A DNA stretch of 64,000 nucleotides from Candidatus Omnitrophota bacterium (lineage in GTDB: Bacteria > Omnitrophota > Gorgyraeia > Pluralincolimonadales > Pluralincolimonadaceae), in the NCBI GenBank assembly GCA_003141835.1, contig PLNR01000006.1, positions 142,558 through 206,557 on the forward strand. The letters run 5' to 3'. Within the stretch, counting starts at the first letter, position 1. Each line of letters begins with the position of its first letter. Of this stretch, positions 37,154 through 46,214 are shown one piece after another. The position numbers and the translations under genes are program-made. The notes below the pieces were generated by a model, which was not told where the DNA came from, did no database searches, and worked only from the letters and a program-made list of their open reading frames with translations.

Positions 37154-37671
37154 TTCTTCTTACCTCCCCGGCTGAGCTCTTTTACCATCCTTGATAATCT
37201 CCCTGTGTCCATATGGACAAATATTTTGCCGTCCAGGACAACGACCGGCGCGAGCGCGCATTGGCCGAAGCAGGCGACCGTCCTCACCGTGAATTTATTA
37301 TCGGGCGTCGTATAGAACGACTCGCCCTCGTCAAAAACCCCTTTTATCTTCAATATGCTTTCGAGATGCTCTAACAATGCCTTTGAACCCTTCGTGTGGC
37401 AGGCCGTCCCCCTGCATACTATTATCGAATGCTCGCCCTGCGGTTTAAGGTTAAAAAATGCGTAAAAAGTGGCGACGCTGTAGATCTTCGAGGCCGGCAG
37501 GTCGAGGCTCCCGGCTATGTATTCAAGCGTCTCCCTTGGGAGATATTTATGCCTGTGGAGCTCCTGCGCCTCTTCGAGGATACAAAGGACGTCGCCCGGC
37601 CCTCCCTTATATTTCTCGATTATCCTGTCCAGCGATTTCGTATCGACGTCTTTTTCCAAAGTTGCTTTCAT
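37150..37671 (-). CDS. hydC: HydC/NuoE-like 2Fe-2S subunit
   Basis: VATFY, CRGTAC, CFGQC. Confidence 0.92.
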   Translation of the reverse strand: MKATLEKDVDTKSLDRIIEKYKGGPGDVLCILEEAQELHRHKYLPRETLEYIAGSLDLPASKIYSVATFYAFFNLKPQGEHSIIVCRGTACHTKGSKALLEHLESILKIKGVFDEGESFYTTPDNKFTVRTVACFGQCALAPVVVLDGKIFVHMDTGRLSRMVKELSRGGKKK

Positions 37672-38306
37672 ACACGTTCTCCTTTTAATTTATATATCAG
37701 GCCCTGAAGCTCTGAGGCCATATCTACGTTCGAGACTGAAATTTTTTTGGGTAACATGAGGTTTACCGGCGCGAAGTTCAATATCGCCTTTACGCCGCAG
37801 GCTGCGAGCTCCTCGCCGACTTCCTGCGCCTTATCGGCCGGGACCGCGAGGATAGCTATCTTTATCCCCTTTTTCCTTAATACGCCCCTCATCGACTTGG
37901 CGTCTTCTATCGTTATGCCCTTGCGGACCTTGCCTATCCTTTCAGGGTCATTATCGAATGCGGCGTTGATCTGGAGGTTAGATTCCGTGAAACCGGGGTA
38001 TCCCAGGAGGGCTGAGCCGAGCTTGCCGGCCCCGACGATGGCTATCTTCCACGCTACGTCGGCGCCGAGGATCTTTTCTATCTCTTTTGTAAGCGCGCTT
38101 GTGCCGTAGCCGACGCCGCGCTTTCCGAAGCCGCCGAAATAAGAGAGGTCCTTCCTGAACTGGACTGACGAGACATTGAGGAACTCGGTGATGTCCTCAG
38201 ATGAGGCGACGTCCACTCTCTTCTTCTCAAGCATCCTTAAGCTTCTAAGGTATAGGCTTAAACGGCTTGCTGTATCCTGGGGAATGTACTTTTTAGTTTT
38301 GGGCAT
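37668..38306 (-). CDS. rex: Redox-sensing repressor Rex
   Basis: RLSLYLR, FRKDLSYFGGFGKRGVGY, GAGKLG, ILNFAP. Confidence 0.95.
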   Translation of the reverse strand: MPKTKKYIPQDTASRLSLYLRSLRMLEKKRVDVASSEDITEFLNVSSVQFRKDLSYFGGFGKRGVGYGTSALTKEIEKILGADVAWKIAIVGAGKLGSALLGYPGFTESNLQINAAFDNDPERIGKVRKGITIEDAKSMRGVLRKKGIKIAILAVPADKAQEVGEELAACGVKAILNFAPVNLMLPKKISVSNVDMASELQGLIYKLKGERV

Positions 38307-38317
38307 TCAAAAATACT

Positions 38318-38335
38318 TTGTTACGATTTTCACAA
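38318..38335. promoter_or_regulatory. Rex operator
   Basis: TTGTTACGATTTTCACAA versus the consensus TTGTGAA-N4-TTCACAA; lies between the -10 (TATAAT) and the rex start. Confidence 0.8.
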
Positions 38336-38410
38336 TCTAATTAATTATACCATATAATCCTTAAATGTCACGAAAATTATTTGCTGCGGGAGGGCTGCGG
38401 CGGGACCGGC

Positions 38411-39484
38411 TTAGACGTTAAATCTTATGTTTATTATATCCCCGTCCTCTACTATATATTCTTTGCCCTTGAGGTAGAGCTTTCCGGCTTCCTTGACCTT
38501 CTCCTCGCTGCCGAGCCCTTCGAGGTCGGCGAATTTAATGACCTCTGCGCGGATGAAGCCCTTCTGCAGGTCGGAATGTATCGCGCCTGCCGCCTCGGGC
38601 GCCGAGGAATTGCGCTTTACCGGCCATTGCCTTACCTCGTCCTCACCTACGGTGAAGAACGATATGAGGTTGAGCGCCTGTATGCAAAGGCGGCTGAGCA
38701 TATTTATTGCCGGCTCCTCTATCCCGAGCGCGGAAAGGAACTCCTGCTGCTCCTTCTCCGTCTCTAGGGAGGCGATCTCGGATTCGACCTTGGCCGAGAC
38801 GAGCATCACCTCGATCTTTAAATGTTCGTATCTTTTCTTCAGTTCGTCCAGGAGCGCCTTGTTCTTCAGGTCGTCTTCCGAGACGTTCACGGCCAGTATC
38901 ATCTCCTTTAACGTCACGAAAGGATAGCTGGCGATCACCCTCTTCTCCTCGGGTTTAAGTTCAAGGAGCCTGAGCGGAAGTTCTTTTTCGATATGGGCTT
39001 TTATGTGAGCCACGACCTCCCTCTCCTTCGCCTTTACCTCGTCCTTGGCCTTCCTGAGGTCCAGGTCAAGTTTTTCGAGGCGTTTCTCCGCGAAGATGAG
39101 GTCATGGAGGATGAGTTCGGAATTGACGCTGTCTATGTCGCGCTTGGGGTCGACCGTGCCGTTTATGTGGTAGACCGAATCGTCCTTAAAGCCCCTTACG
39201 ACATGGCATATGGCGTCGGTTTCGGCGATATCTTTAAATATGTCACCTTTGGTTATGGCGTCTTTTTCTATTTTAGGGAGGAGCTCTATCTCTATCCTGG
39301 CCCTGACGTTCTTCTTGGGCTTATAGAGCGCGACGAGCTTGTCGTAACGGGGATCCTTGATCTCGGCGATGCTCTTGATGTTCTTGTTCGAGGCAAGGTC
39401 CTTCTCCGAGATCTTGTGGTTTGTCAGGAGTTCGAATAAGGTCTTCTTGCCGGTCTGTGGCAGGCCTATAATACCGATCTTCAT
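38411..39484 (-). CDS. ychF: YchF/Obg-family ATPase with divergent G motifs
   Basis: FFTVGEDEVRQW, AAGAIHSD..GFIRAEV, GKEYIVEDGD; P-loop GLPQTGKKT. Confidence 0.85.
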   Translation of the reverse strand: MKIGIIGLPQTGKKTLFELLTNHKISEKDLASNKNIKSIAEIKDPRYDKLVALYKPKKNVRARIEIELLPKIEKDAITKGDIFKDIAETDAICHVVRGFKDDSVYHINGTVDPKRDIDSVNSELILHDLIFAEKRLEKLDLDLRKAKDEVKAKEREVVAHIKAHIEKELPLRLLELKPEEKRVIASYPFVTLKEMILAVNVSEDDLKNKALLDELKKRYEHLKIEVMLVSAKVESEIASLETEKEQQEFLSALGIEEPAINMLSRLCIQALNLISFFTVGEDEVRQWPVKRNSSAPEAAGAIHSDLQKGFIRAEVIKFADLEGLGSEEKVKEAGKLYLKGKEYIVEDGDIINIRFNV

Positions 39485-39500
39485 AGCTAGGGATTATATC

Positions 39501-40793
39501 TTAAACGGGAGCGGAAGACAACCACGAAAACTTGCGGTTGTTCCACTTCCATTCTTTTACGATGAAATATCCCATGAAGCGCAGCATCCCGTTCCTGAAA
39601 TGCATCCTCATGAGCAAGGAGAGTGACGTCCATACCGAATAATACTTGGTATAGGCCTTTAGGACGCTTAACTGCAGGTCCCTGGCCGATATCAGTTTCG
39701 GCTTAAAGACTATGTGCTGGCCGTCGTAGAGGTTCCAGTCCTTTGTGAATATCCTTTTCTGGGCTTCCAGGTCGTGATAGACCTTCGTCCCCGGGAAAGG
39801 GGTCAATACCATCATCTGGATGGTGTCTATCTTCTGTTTCACCGCGAACCTGAGCGTCTCCCATACGGTCTTAATGCTGTCGTCATCGCCGCCCAGGACG
39901 AACATCCCGTGGACCTTGATATTCCTTTTATGGAACGCGCGGATAGCGTCTATGATCTGCGCTACCGTCTGTTTCTTGTCATAGGCGGCGAGGGTCTTCT
40001 CGTTGACCGACTCGATGCCCACGCATACGCCGATGCACCCGGCGTCGGACATGAGTTTGAGCATCCGGTCGTCCCTGGTGACGTCGCAGCGGACCTGGCA
40101 TGTCCAGTTCCTTATATTGCTCTTGAGCAAAAGCTCAAGCAATTTGTATGTGCGCGAAGGTTTGGCGGCGAAATTGTCGTCGCAGAAAAATATCGACTTC
40201 TTGTCCCTGTTCTTTAACTCGCCCATCACGTTCTCGGCGCTCCTGAAACGGTATTCGCGCCCGAACATCTTCGTGACCGAGCAGAAACTGCAGTCGTAAG
40301 GGCAGCCCCTGGACGTCGAGATGGGCCTCGCCAAAGAGCGCGACTTGTCGCCCATTATCAATGAAAAATCCGGGTACGGCAGGGCGTCGAGGTCCTTTAC
40401 CGGCCTGCCCTTTACGATCGGTTCCGTTATCCTGCCTTCGGCGATATCGACGATGACCTCTTCGGCCTCGCCGACAACGACCTGCCTGGCGTATTTTATG
40501 GCCTCTTCCGGGATAAGGCTGGCGTGCACCCCGCCCATTATCACTTTTTCCCTGGGAAATTGGGCCGCTATCTCGTATCCGCGCTTGGCGGTCGAGGTCA
40601 GGATCGAGATCCCTACCAGGTCCGCTTCCAGCTTGGAGTAATCCGGCTTGAATATATCCTCATTATATATCTCGACCTCATGCCCGCGGGCTTTAAGTAT
40701 GGTACCCAGATATATCGGTCCCAAAAGTGGCATGGATACTTTGCTGTATACATTCGCTTCTGTCGAGCGCGGTTCGATAAATACTATCTTCAT
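39501..40793 (-). CDS. B12-binding radical SAM protein
   Basis: GGVHAS; SRGCPYDCSFC; DDNF; GIES; TPFPGT. Confidence 0.9.
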   Translation of the reverse strand: MKIVFIEPRSTEANVYSKVSMPLLGPIYLGTILKARGHEVEIYNEDIFKPDYSKLEADLVGISILTSTAKRGYEIAAQFPREKVIMGGVHASLIPEEAIKYARQVVVGEAEEVIVDIAEGRITEPIVKGRPVKDLDALPYPDFSLIMGDKSRSLARPISTSRGCPYDCSFCSVTKMFGREYRFRSAENVMGELKNRDKKSIFFCDDNFAAKPSRTYKLLELLLKSNIRNWTCQVRCDVTRDDRMLKLMSDAGCIGVCVGIESVNEKTLAAYDKKQTVAQIIDAIRAFHKRNIKVHGMFVLGGDDDSIKTVWETLRFAVKQKIDTIQMMVLTPFPGTKVYHDLEAQKRIFTKDWNLYDGQHIVFKPKLISARDLQLSVLKAYTKYYSVWTSLSLLMRMHFRNGMLRFMGYFIVKEWKWNNRKFSWLSSAPV

Positions 40794-40822
40794 TTTACGC
40801 CTGTTCTTTCTATGCCCGGAAT

Positions 40823-40852
40823 AAAAAAGGGCCCGCGCTTTGACGCGGGCCC
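40823..40852 (-). terminator. Intrinsic terminator of the csp gene
   Basis: GGGCCCGCG-loop-CGCGGGCCC plus T6 on the minus strand. Confidence 0.85.
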
Positions 40853-40866
40853 GTTGTTTTCGGGTC

Positions 40867-41067
40867 TTACGCCTTTGTTACATTTTTAGCTTGTTCGCCT
40901 TTGTCGCCTTTTTCGATGTCGAAATTGACTGCCTGGCCCTCTTCTAGGGTCTTGTAACCGTCGCCCTGGATGGCGCTGTAATGCACAAACACATCATTAC
41001 CCGACTCAGGGGTTATGAAGCCATAACCCTTCTGGTTGCTGAACCACTTCACCTTGCCTGTAGCCAC
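40867..41067 (-). CDS. cspA: Cold-shock protein
   Basis: [21 protein letters not shown]; GTG start after AAAGGAGG. Confidence 0.93.
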   Translation of the reverse strand: MATGKVKWFSNQKGYGFITPESGNDVFVHYSAIQGDGYKTLEEGQAVNFDIEKGDKGEQAKNVTKA

Positions 41068-41110
41068 TGTACTACCTCCTTTCGATAAAAATTGTAGATA
41101 AGGGCAGAAC

Positions 41111-41241
41111 AAAAAAAAGCCGCAAGGTTAGACTATCTTGCCTTACGGCTCAATCTTTCTAAACCCTCACTTACTCTTAAAACACTTCTTAATCGTAAAA
41201 CCATGACTACCTAATTATACCTGAACTTTCGTTATTGTCAA
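41111..41241 (-). promoter_or_regulatory. csp promoter (TTGACA-N16-TATAAT, 41214-41241) and a long leader with a terminator-like hairpin (41111-41150)
   Basis: Consensus hexamers; AGCCGTAAGG..CCTTGCGGCT followed by a T-run. Confidence 0.75.
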
Positions 41242-41245
41242 CTGA

Positions 41246-42169
41246 TTATTTGAAACTGTATTTCTTTATGAACTTCACGATCTCGGAAACGCTCGCCTCG
41301 GCCATGCCTATGCAGGTGTCGGCGCAGCCGTAATACAGCCTCAGGCGGTCGCCATCGACCACGGCAGAGCTCGGGAAGAGGACGTTCGGGACGTCGCCTA
41401 CGCGCTCGTACATCTCGGACGGATACATCAGGTAATCCCGCGTCCTGTAAAGCACCTTCCATGGCTTTTTAAGGTCCAAAAGCGCGCCGCCGGCCGAGTA
41501 GATATAGCCGTTACAGCTCGTCCAGACGCCGTGGTATATGAGCAGCCAACCGTCTTTTGTCCTTATGGGATGCGGCCCGGGGCCAACCTTTGTCGATTGC
41601 CAGCCGCCTTTGGGCCCGAATACGAACCTGTGGTGGCCCCAGTGGACCAGGTCCGGGCTCTCGGCGTAGAATACGTCGCCGAACGGGGTATGCCCCCTGT
41701 CGCTCGGCCTGTGGAGCATCGCGAACTTGCCGTCTATCTTCTCCGGGAAGATGACGCAGTTGCGGTTGGCCGGGGGGAGCGGGTTCTCCAGCTGCTTGAA
41801 CGCCTTGAAATCCTTGGTCGTGGCAAGGCCTATGCACGGGCCCTGGGCGCCGGCGTTGCACCATGTAATGTAATAGGTGTCGCCTAACTTTGTGACGCGC
41901 GGGTCGTAGCTATGGTCGGTCACGAAGACCTCGGGATCGCCGCTCTTCATCTTTATGGGAGCGGCTTCTATGTCCCACTTGATCCCGTCCTTGCTCCTGC
42001 CGAGATGGAGGGTGTAGTTCAAGTCGATCTCATCGACGCGGAATATGCCCCGGTATTCGGCGCCGAAGGCGATGATGGCGCTATTGTGGATGGAGTTAGC
42101 GCGGGGAACGGCTTTCGCCGTTATGATAGGATTGCCTCTGTAACGCTTAAAAACTGTATCGTTAGCCAT
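41246..42169 (-). CDS. GH130 beta-mannoside phosphorylase
   Basis: YDPRVT, PANRNCVIFPEKI, LHRPSDRGHTPFG, ERVGDVPNV, YYGCADT. Confidence 0.9.
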   Translation of the reverse strand: MANDTVFKRYRGNPIITAKAVPRANSIHNSAIIAFGAEYRGIFRVDEIDLNYTLHLGRSKDGIKWDIEAAPIKMKSGDPEVFVTDHSYDPRVTKLGDTYYITWCNAGAQGPCIGLATTKDFKAFKQLENPLPPANRNCVIFPEKIDGKFAMLHRPSDRGHTPFGDVFYAESPDLVHWGHHRFVFGPKGGWQSTKVGPGPHPIRTKDGWLLIYHGVWTSCNGYIYSAGGALLDLKKPWKVLYRTRDYLMYPSEMYERVGDVPNVLFPSSAVVDGDRLRLYYGCADTCIGMAEASVSEIVKFIKKYSFK

Positions 42170-42382
42170 TAACTTCTCCTCGTATGGCTCCCTTACCCGA
42201 ATTGTTTTAAAGTATACTAGCAAATACCGGAAATGTCAATGACGGCAGGCTGGCGGCTGATAAGCGCCGAGGTGGAGTTTCAGAAGATCTAAGATGTGAT
42301 GGGGCGAAACTCCACCGCCGGAGCCGGATCCTTCTCCTCCCCCGAGAAATACGTAGGAGCGCCTTCATCTCCCCCGATTGAA

Positions 42383-42634
42383 TCAAGACGAAAGCGCTCC
42401 AAAATCCAGTTCATTGTCCAAAGCCTTACGGATGACCCGCAAAGGAAGGCCCGCGTTTATGAGTTGGGTTATCTTCGCGAGGCGCGCGGCGGTATCATCT
42501 CCGTCATAAAGGCGGATGTTCCCCTTCCTTGAAACGACGTTTATCAAGCCGATATTGGTATAGTGGTTGACAGTCTGGTAGGTAAGGCTGTGTTTCGTGG
42601 CTATCTCCTTGGCTGATATGAGGTCCTTCTTCAT
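42383..42634 (-). CDS. Small MerR-type HTH protein
   Basis: TYQTVNHYTNIGLI..GNIRLY; RBS GGGGG; start moved to MKKDL. Confidence 0.75.
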   Translation of the reverse strand: MKKDLISAKEIATKHSLTYQTVNHYTNIGLINVVSRKGNIRLYDGDDTAARLAKITQLINAGLPLRVIRKALDNELDFGALSS

Positions 42635-42756
42635 ATCCCCCCGTTTATTATAGTTACAATAACTATGATACTTATTATTGTTATCAAACTTATCATAATC
42701 ACAATAACTTGTCAACAAAAAAAGAAGGGCTGCCCTTTTCCGGCCGCCCGTCTTAA

Positions 42757-43380
42757 TTATTTATATGATTCTTTTGGTATGATCGAGGTCGCGATAAGCG
42801 CTGCGATGACGGATTTAATTATGTCCCCGGGTATGAACGGTATGAAGCCCATCCATAAAACCTCGCCTAACGAGGCCCCTTGCCCTTTCACGGCGCTTAG
42901 CCATATCCAGAGATAGGCCGAACCTAACGCGAGGATTAAAGCGCTCGAGATGAGCATCAGGTTGAACATCGGCAGGAATTTCCTCGCCTTCGCGTAATTG
43001 TCCGTTACATAACCGATGAGGAACGAGACCGCTATTATTCCGATAAGGTATCCGGCCGTAGGCCCGAATAAAATGGCCGCGCCGCCTTTAAGCCCTGTGA
43101 ATACCGGAAGGCCTGCAGCGCCGAGGGTTACATATATGAGCATGCTTATCCCGCCCCATACATTCCCTAGGAGGACGCCGGCGAATATCGCGCCGAACGT
43201 CGAGCCGGTTATCGGGACAGGCGTCCACGGCAGCGGTATCCTTACCTGCGCAAGTATCACCATAACGCCGGCCATCAAAAAGGCAAGTGTCAGCTTCTCG
43301 GCCTCAGCCAAATGGTACCGCCACTTGAATACTTCGTATCTTGTCCTTGCGTATCTTTCGCCCAGAGTTATCGCGGTCAT
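42757..43380 (-). CDS. bioY: Biotin transporter BioY
   Basis: TPVPITG, LGAAGLPVF, GPTAGYLIG, PFIPGD. Confidence 0.92.
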   Translation of the reverse strand: MTAITLGERYARTRYEVFKWRYHLAEAEKLTLAFLMAGVMVILAQVRIPLPWTPVPITGSTFGAIFAGVLLGNVWGGISMLIYVTLGAAGLPVFTGLKGGAAILFGPTAGYLIGIIAVSFLIGYVTDNYAKARKFLPMFNLMLISSALILALGSAYLWIWLSAVKGQGASLGEVLWMGFIPFIPGDIIKSVIAALIATSIIPKESYK

Positions 43381-43406
43381 CGTCTACCTCCGTTAATTTT
43401 ATCGTT

Positions 43407-43449
43407 TACGATTATCCCGCAAATATATATATTTGCGGGATACGATTAT
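43407..43449. mobile_element. Miniature palindromic insertion with an apparent 9-bp target-site duplication
   Basis: TACGATTAT-CCCGCAAATATATATATTTGCGGGA-TACGATTAT. Confidence 0.65.
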
Positions 43450-43463
43450 ACCACATTACGGTA

Positions 43464-44588
43464 TTAAAGCAACTCACTTGAGACCGTGTCGCAGAAGAGG
43501 AACCCTTTCTTCGTGAGCGATACCGCGGCGGCCCTGCCTTTGGCTTTCTTATATTTTATGAGGCCCGCGCCGGTAAGTTTCCGCAGGGCATCCGCCTCAA
43601 GCTCGCCCAGGGCGAACCCGGTCTTCTTTTTGAACCAGCTGAAATCTATCCCTTCGGCAGTCCTTATCTTTACCGCCGCAGTTTCTTTCGCCTTGCGCTC
43701 GCCGGTAAGCCGCTCGGATGAAACGATAGTGCTCTTCCCGGCATTGGCCCTATTGATGTACTCCCAGACATCGGGCACATGCCTCTTCCTGATCCCGCCG
43801 ATATACGAGACAGCCGACGGTCCGAGGCCTATATATTCATCGTTGCGCCAATAATTGAGGTTGTGCCTGCATTCAAAACCTTTTTTGGCGAAATTCGACA
43901 CTTCGTAATGCCGGAAACCGTGCCTGGGGAGATACCCGATCGCGAAGGAATACATCTGGGCGGTGCATTCCTCGTCGACAGGGATGATATTCCCGCATTT
44001 CCTCGCGTTATAAAGCGTTGTCCCTTTTTCATAGGTCAGGCCGTAGCATGAGATATGCGTGACCGGTAATTTTACTGCCCGCGCCAATTCGGAGTAACAG
44101 TCATTAAGTGTTTCGCCGGGCGCGCCGAAGATAAGGTCTATGTTGAGGTCGGCGAAACCTTTCTTCTTTGCCAGCATAACCGAGTCGACCGCCTTTTTGG
44201 CGCTATGGATCCTGCCCAGCCTCTTTAGCTTCCTGTCGTCGAAAGACTGGACCCCGATGCTCAACCTGTTGGCCCCTTCGTCCAATAAGAGGCGCAGCTT
44301 CCCGGCGTCAAGGCTTTCAGGGTTCGCCTCGACCGTGAACTCGGCTCCTTCGGCGGCCAATCTTCGGGCGGCGCGCAGAAGTTTTTTCAACAACGGACTA
44401 CCAAGCGCGCTGGGGGTGCCTCCGCCGATAAATACGGTAGAGACGCTGCTGTTAATGCCGTTTATTTGCGCGGCAAGCGCGTCAACGTAAGCGGCTGCCG
44501 GGCCTTCTTCGTAAGCGATGCTGTAGAAATCGCAATAACCGCATTTTTTCGCGCAAAAGGGTATGTGCACATATAATGAAGGCGTCAT
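43464..44588 (-). CDS. hemW: Radical SAM heme chaperone HemW (HemN-like)
   Basis: YVHIPFCAKKCGYCDF, GGGTPS, EANP, YEVSNF, HNLNYW. Confidence 0.9.
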   Translation of the reverse strand: MTPSLYVHIPFCAKKCGYCDFYSIAYEEGPAAAYVDALAAQINGINSSVSTVFIGGGTPSALGSPLLKKLLRAARRLAAEGAEFTVEANPESLDAGKLRLLLDEGANRLSIGVQSFDDRKLKRLGRIHSAKKAVDSVMLAKKKGFADLNIDLIFGAPGETLNDCYSELARAVKLPVTHISCYGLTYEKGTTLYNARKCGNIIPVDEECTAQMYSFAIGYLPRHGFRHYEVSNFAKKGFECRHNLNYWRNDEYIGLGPSAVSYIGGIRKRHVPDVWEYINRANAGKSTIVSSERLTGERKAKETAAVKIRTAEGIDFSWFKKKTGFALGELEADALRKLTGAGLIKYKKAKGRAAAVSLTKKGFLFCDTVSSELL

Positions 44589-44659
44589 TTTATTTTTCTC
44601 TTGCATTATACCGTATTTCCTATATAATTGTAAACCATAAAACATCAAGGAGGTTTACA

Positions 44660-45472
44660 ATGCGTAAAGCCAGGATGGCTGCCGTTTTCTCCCTGCTGAT
44701 CATTATACCAAATATTGCTGCAGCCATAAACTTCTATGACGGGGTGCGCGCGGCCAAAGGGCTCTACTTCCTCACCTACTCCACCGTCTATGCCGCCGAC
44801 AAGGTGACCGACTCAAAGGGCAGGACAGCCATAAAGGATTACGACCTCCTTAAGGTCGAGGAGTTGCTGCGTTTTTGCTATTACTCGCCCGATTTCGTCT
44901 TCACCGCGCTCCTGCCGGCTGGAGGCGTCCATGTCGGGTCGACGGACAAAAATTCATTCGGCCTCGGCGACGCCTCGATAGGCGCCGGCTGGTTCCTGCC
45001 TGTCAAGGAAGTCGATATCCTGCCGATGCTCTTTGTCAAGGCGCCTACCGGGCAATACGCCTCGGACAAGAGCACAAATTACGGTACGCACCAGGTAGAC
45101 ATCAAGCCCGTCGTATTCTTCCATAAGACGATAAACGATTTCAGCATGGATGCGGCCGCGAAATATTTTTTCAGGCTGGAGAATGATAAGAATATCGCTC
45201 CGGGCGACGAGCTCCACCTGGAATATCTCCTCGGATATAACGTCACGAAAAACTTCAAGCTCGGCCCCTCGGTAAGCTGGATGATAAGCCGGGACAAGCG
45301 GGTGGACGGGGCCAGGGTGCCGGGCAGCGCGCGCCAGACGCTTTCGGCCGGGGCGGAATTTTACACGAAGTTCTCGGGGATGAGTTTTGATTTCAGCTAT
45401 CTTTACGACGCCTTCGCGGAGAACTCGCCGAAAGGCCATTTCTTCCAATTGAAAAGCTGCTACAAGTTTTAG
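44660..45472 (+). CDS. Outer-membrane beta-barrel (MetA-pathway/SphA-like transporter)
   Basis: Signal peptide; GLGD, APTGQY, PGDE; C-terminal YKF. Confidence 0.75.
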   Translation: MRKARMAAVFSLLIIIPNIAAAINFYDGVRAAKGLYFLTYSTVYAADKVTDSKGRTAIKDYDLLKVEELLRFCYYSPDFVFTALLPAGGVHVGSTDKNSFGLGDASIGAGWFLPVKEVDILPMLFVKAPTGQYASDKSTNYGTHQVDIKPVVFFHKTINDFSMDAAAKYFFRLENDKNIAPGDELHLEYLLGYNVTKNFKLGPSVSWMISRDKRVDGARVPGSARQTLSAGAEFYTKFSGMSFDFSYLYDAFAENSPKGHFFQLKSCYKF

Positions 45473-46206
45473 AATTTACCGCTCAATAATTCCGATACGG
45501 TCACGAACTTATAGCCCTTTTCCTCCAACCTCTTTACAAGCCGCGGGATGGTCTTGACGGTTTGGCTGCGGTCCCCTCCCTCGGTGCTGAAGACCCCTCC
45601 GCTGTCATGGAACAGGATGATGTCCCCGGGCTTGATATGCCTCGCTATGAATGAGGTGATCTGTTTATCGTGGAACGTGACCCAATCCTTGGAGTTCAAG
45701 GACCACAGGACCACCCCGTATCCCATATCCTTGACCTTTTGTTTCTCCGTATCGTTAAGCCAGGCTTTGGGGGGCCTGAAATACTTTGTCGTCCGGCCGG
45801 TGACGTCCTTAATGACCTTCTCCGTCTCATCTATCTCTTTCTTAAGCTCATCTGTTTTATAATAGATCATGACCTTGTGGTCATATCCGTGGTTCTCTAT
45901 ATCGTGCCCCTCGCGCGCGACGCGCCTGGCGATCTCGGGATACTGTTCCACGTGTTTTCCTATCATGAAAAAAGTCGCCTTGATGCCGGCCTTTTTAAGC
46001 TCGTCCAGGACTTGCGGCGTCCATAACGGCGAAGGGCCGTCGTCGAAGGTCAACGCGACGACTTTCTCGTCGGTTTTAAGGCGGTAGATGGTGGATTTGC
46101 GCACGAGGACTGCCTGGTCAAAAAAGACGCAAAAAGCCATTATCGCCGTCGCGGCAATGATGACCGCTATCGTCGAGATCCAGATATATCTTTTAAGGTT
46201 TCGCAT
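45469..46206 (-). CDS. Polysaccharide deacetylase (CE4)
   Basis: TFDDGP, NHGYDH, FRPP, SKDW, ILFHD. Confidence 0.92.
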   Translation of the reverse strand: MRNLKRYIWISTIAVIIAATAIMAFCVFFDQAVLVRKSTIYRLKTDEKVVALTFDDGPSPLWTPQVLDELKKAGIKATFFMIGKHVEQYPEIARRVAREGHDIENHGYDHKVMIYYKTDELKKEIDETEKVIKDVTGRTTKYFRPPKAWLNDTEKQKVKDMGYGVVLWSLNSKDWVTFHDKQITSFIARHIKPGDIILFHDSGGVFSTEGGDRSQTVKTIPRLVKRLEEKGYKFVTVSELLSGKF

Positions 46207-46214
46207 ATCCGATC

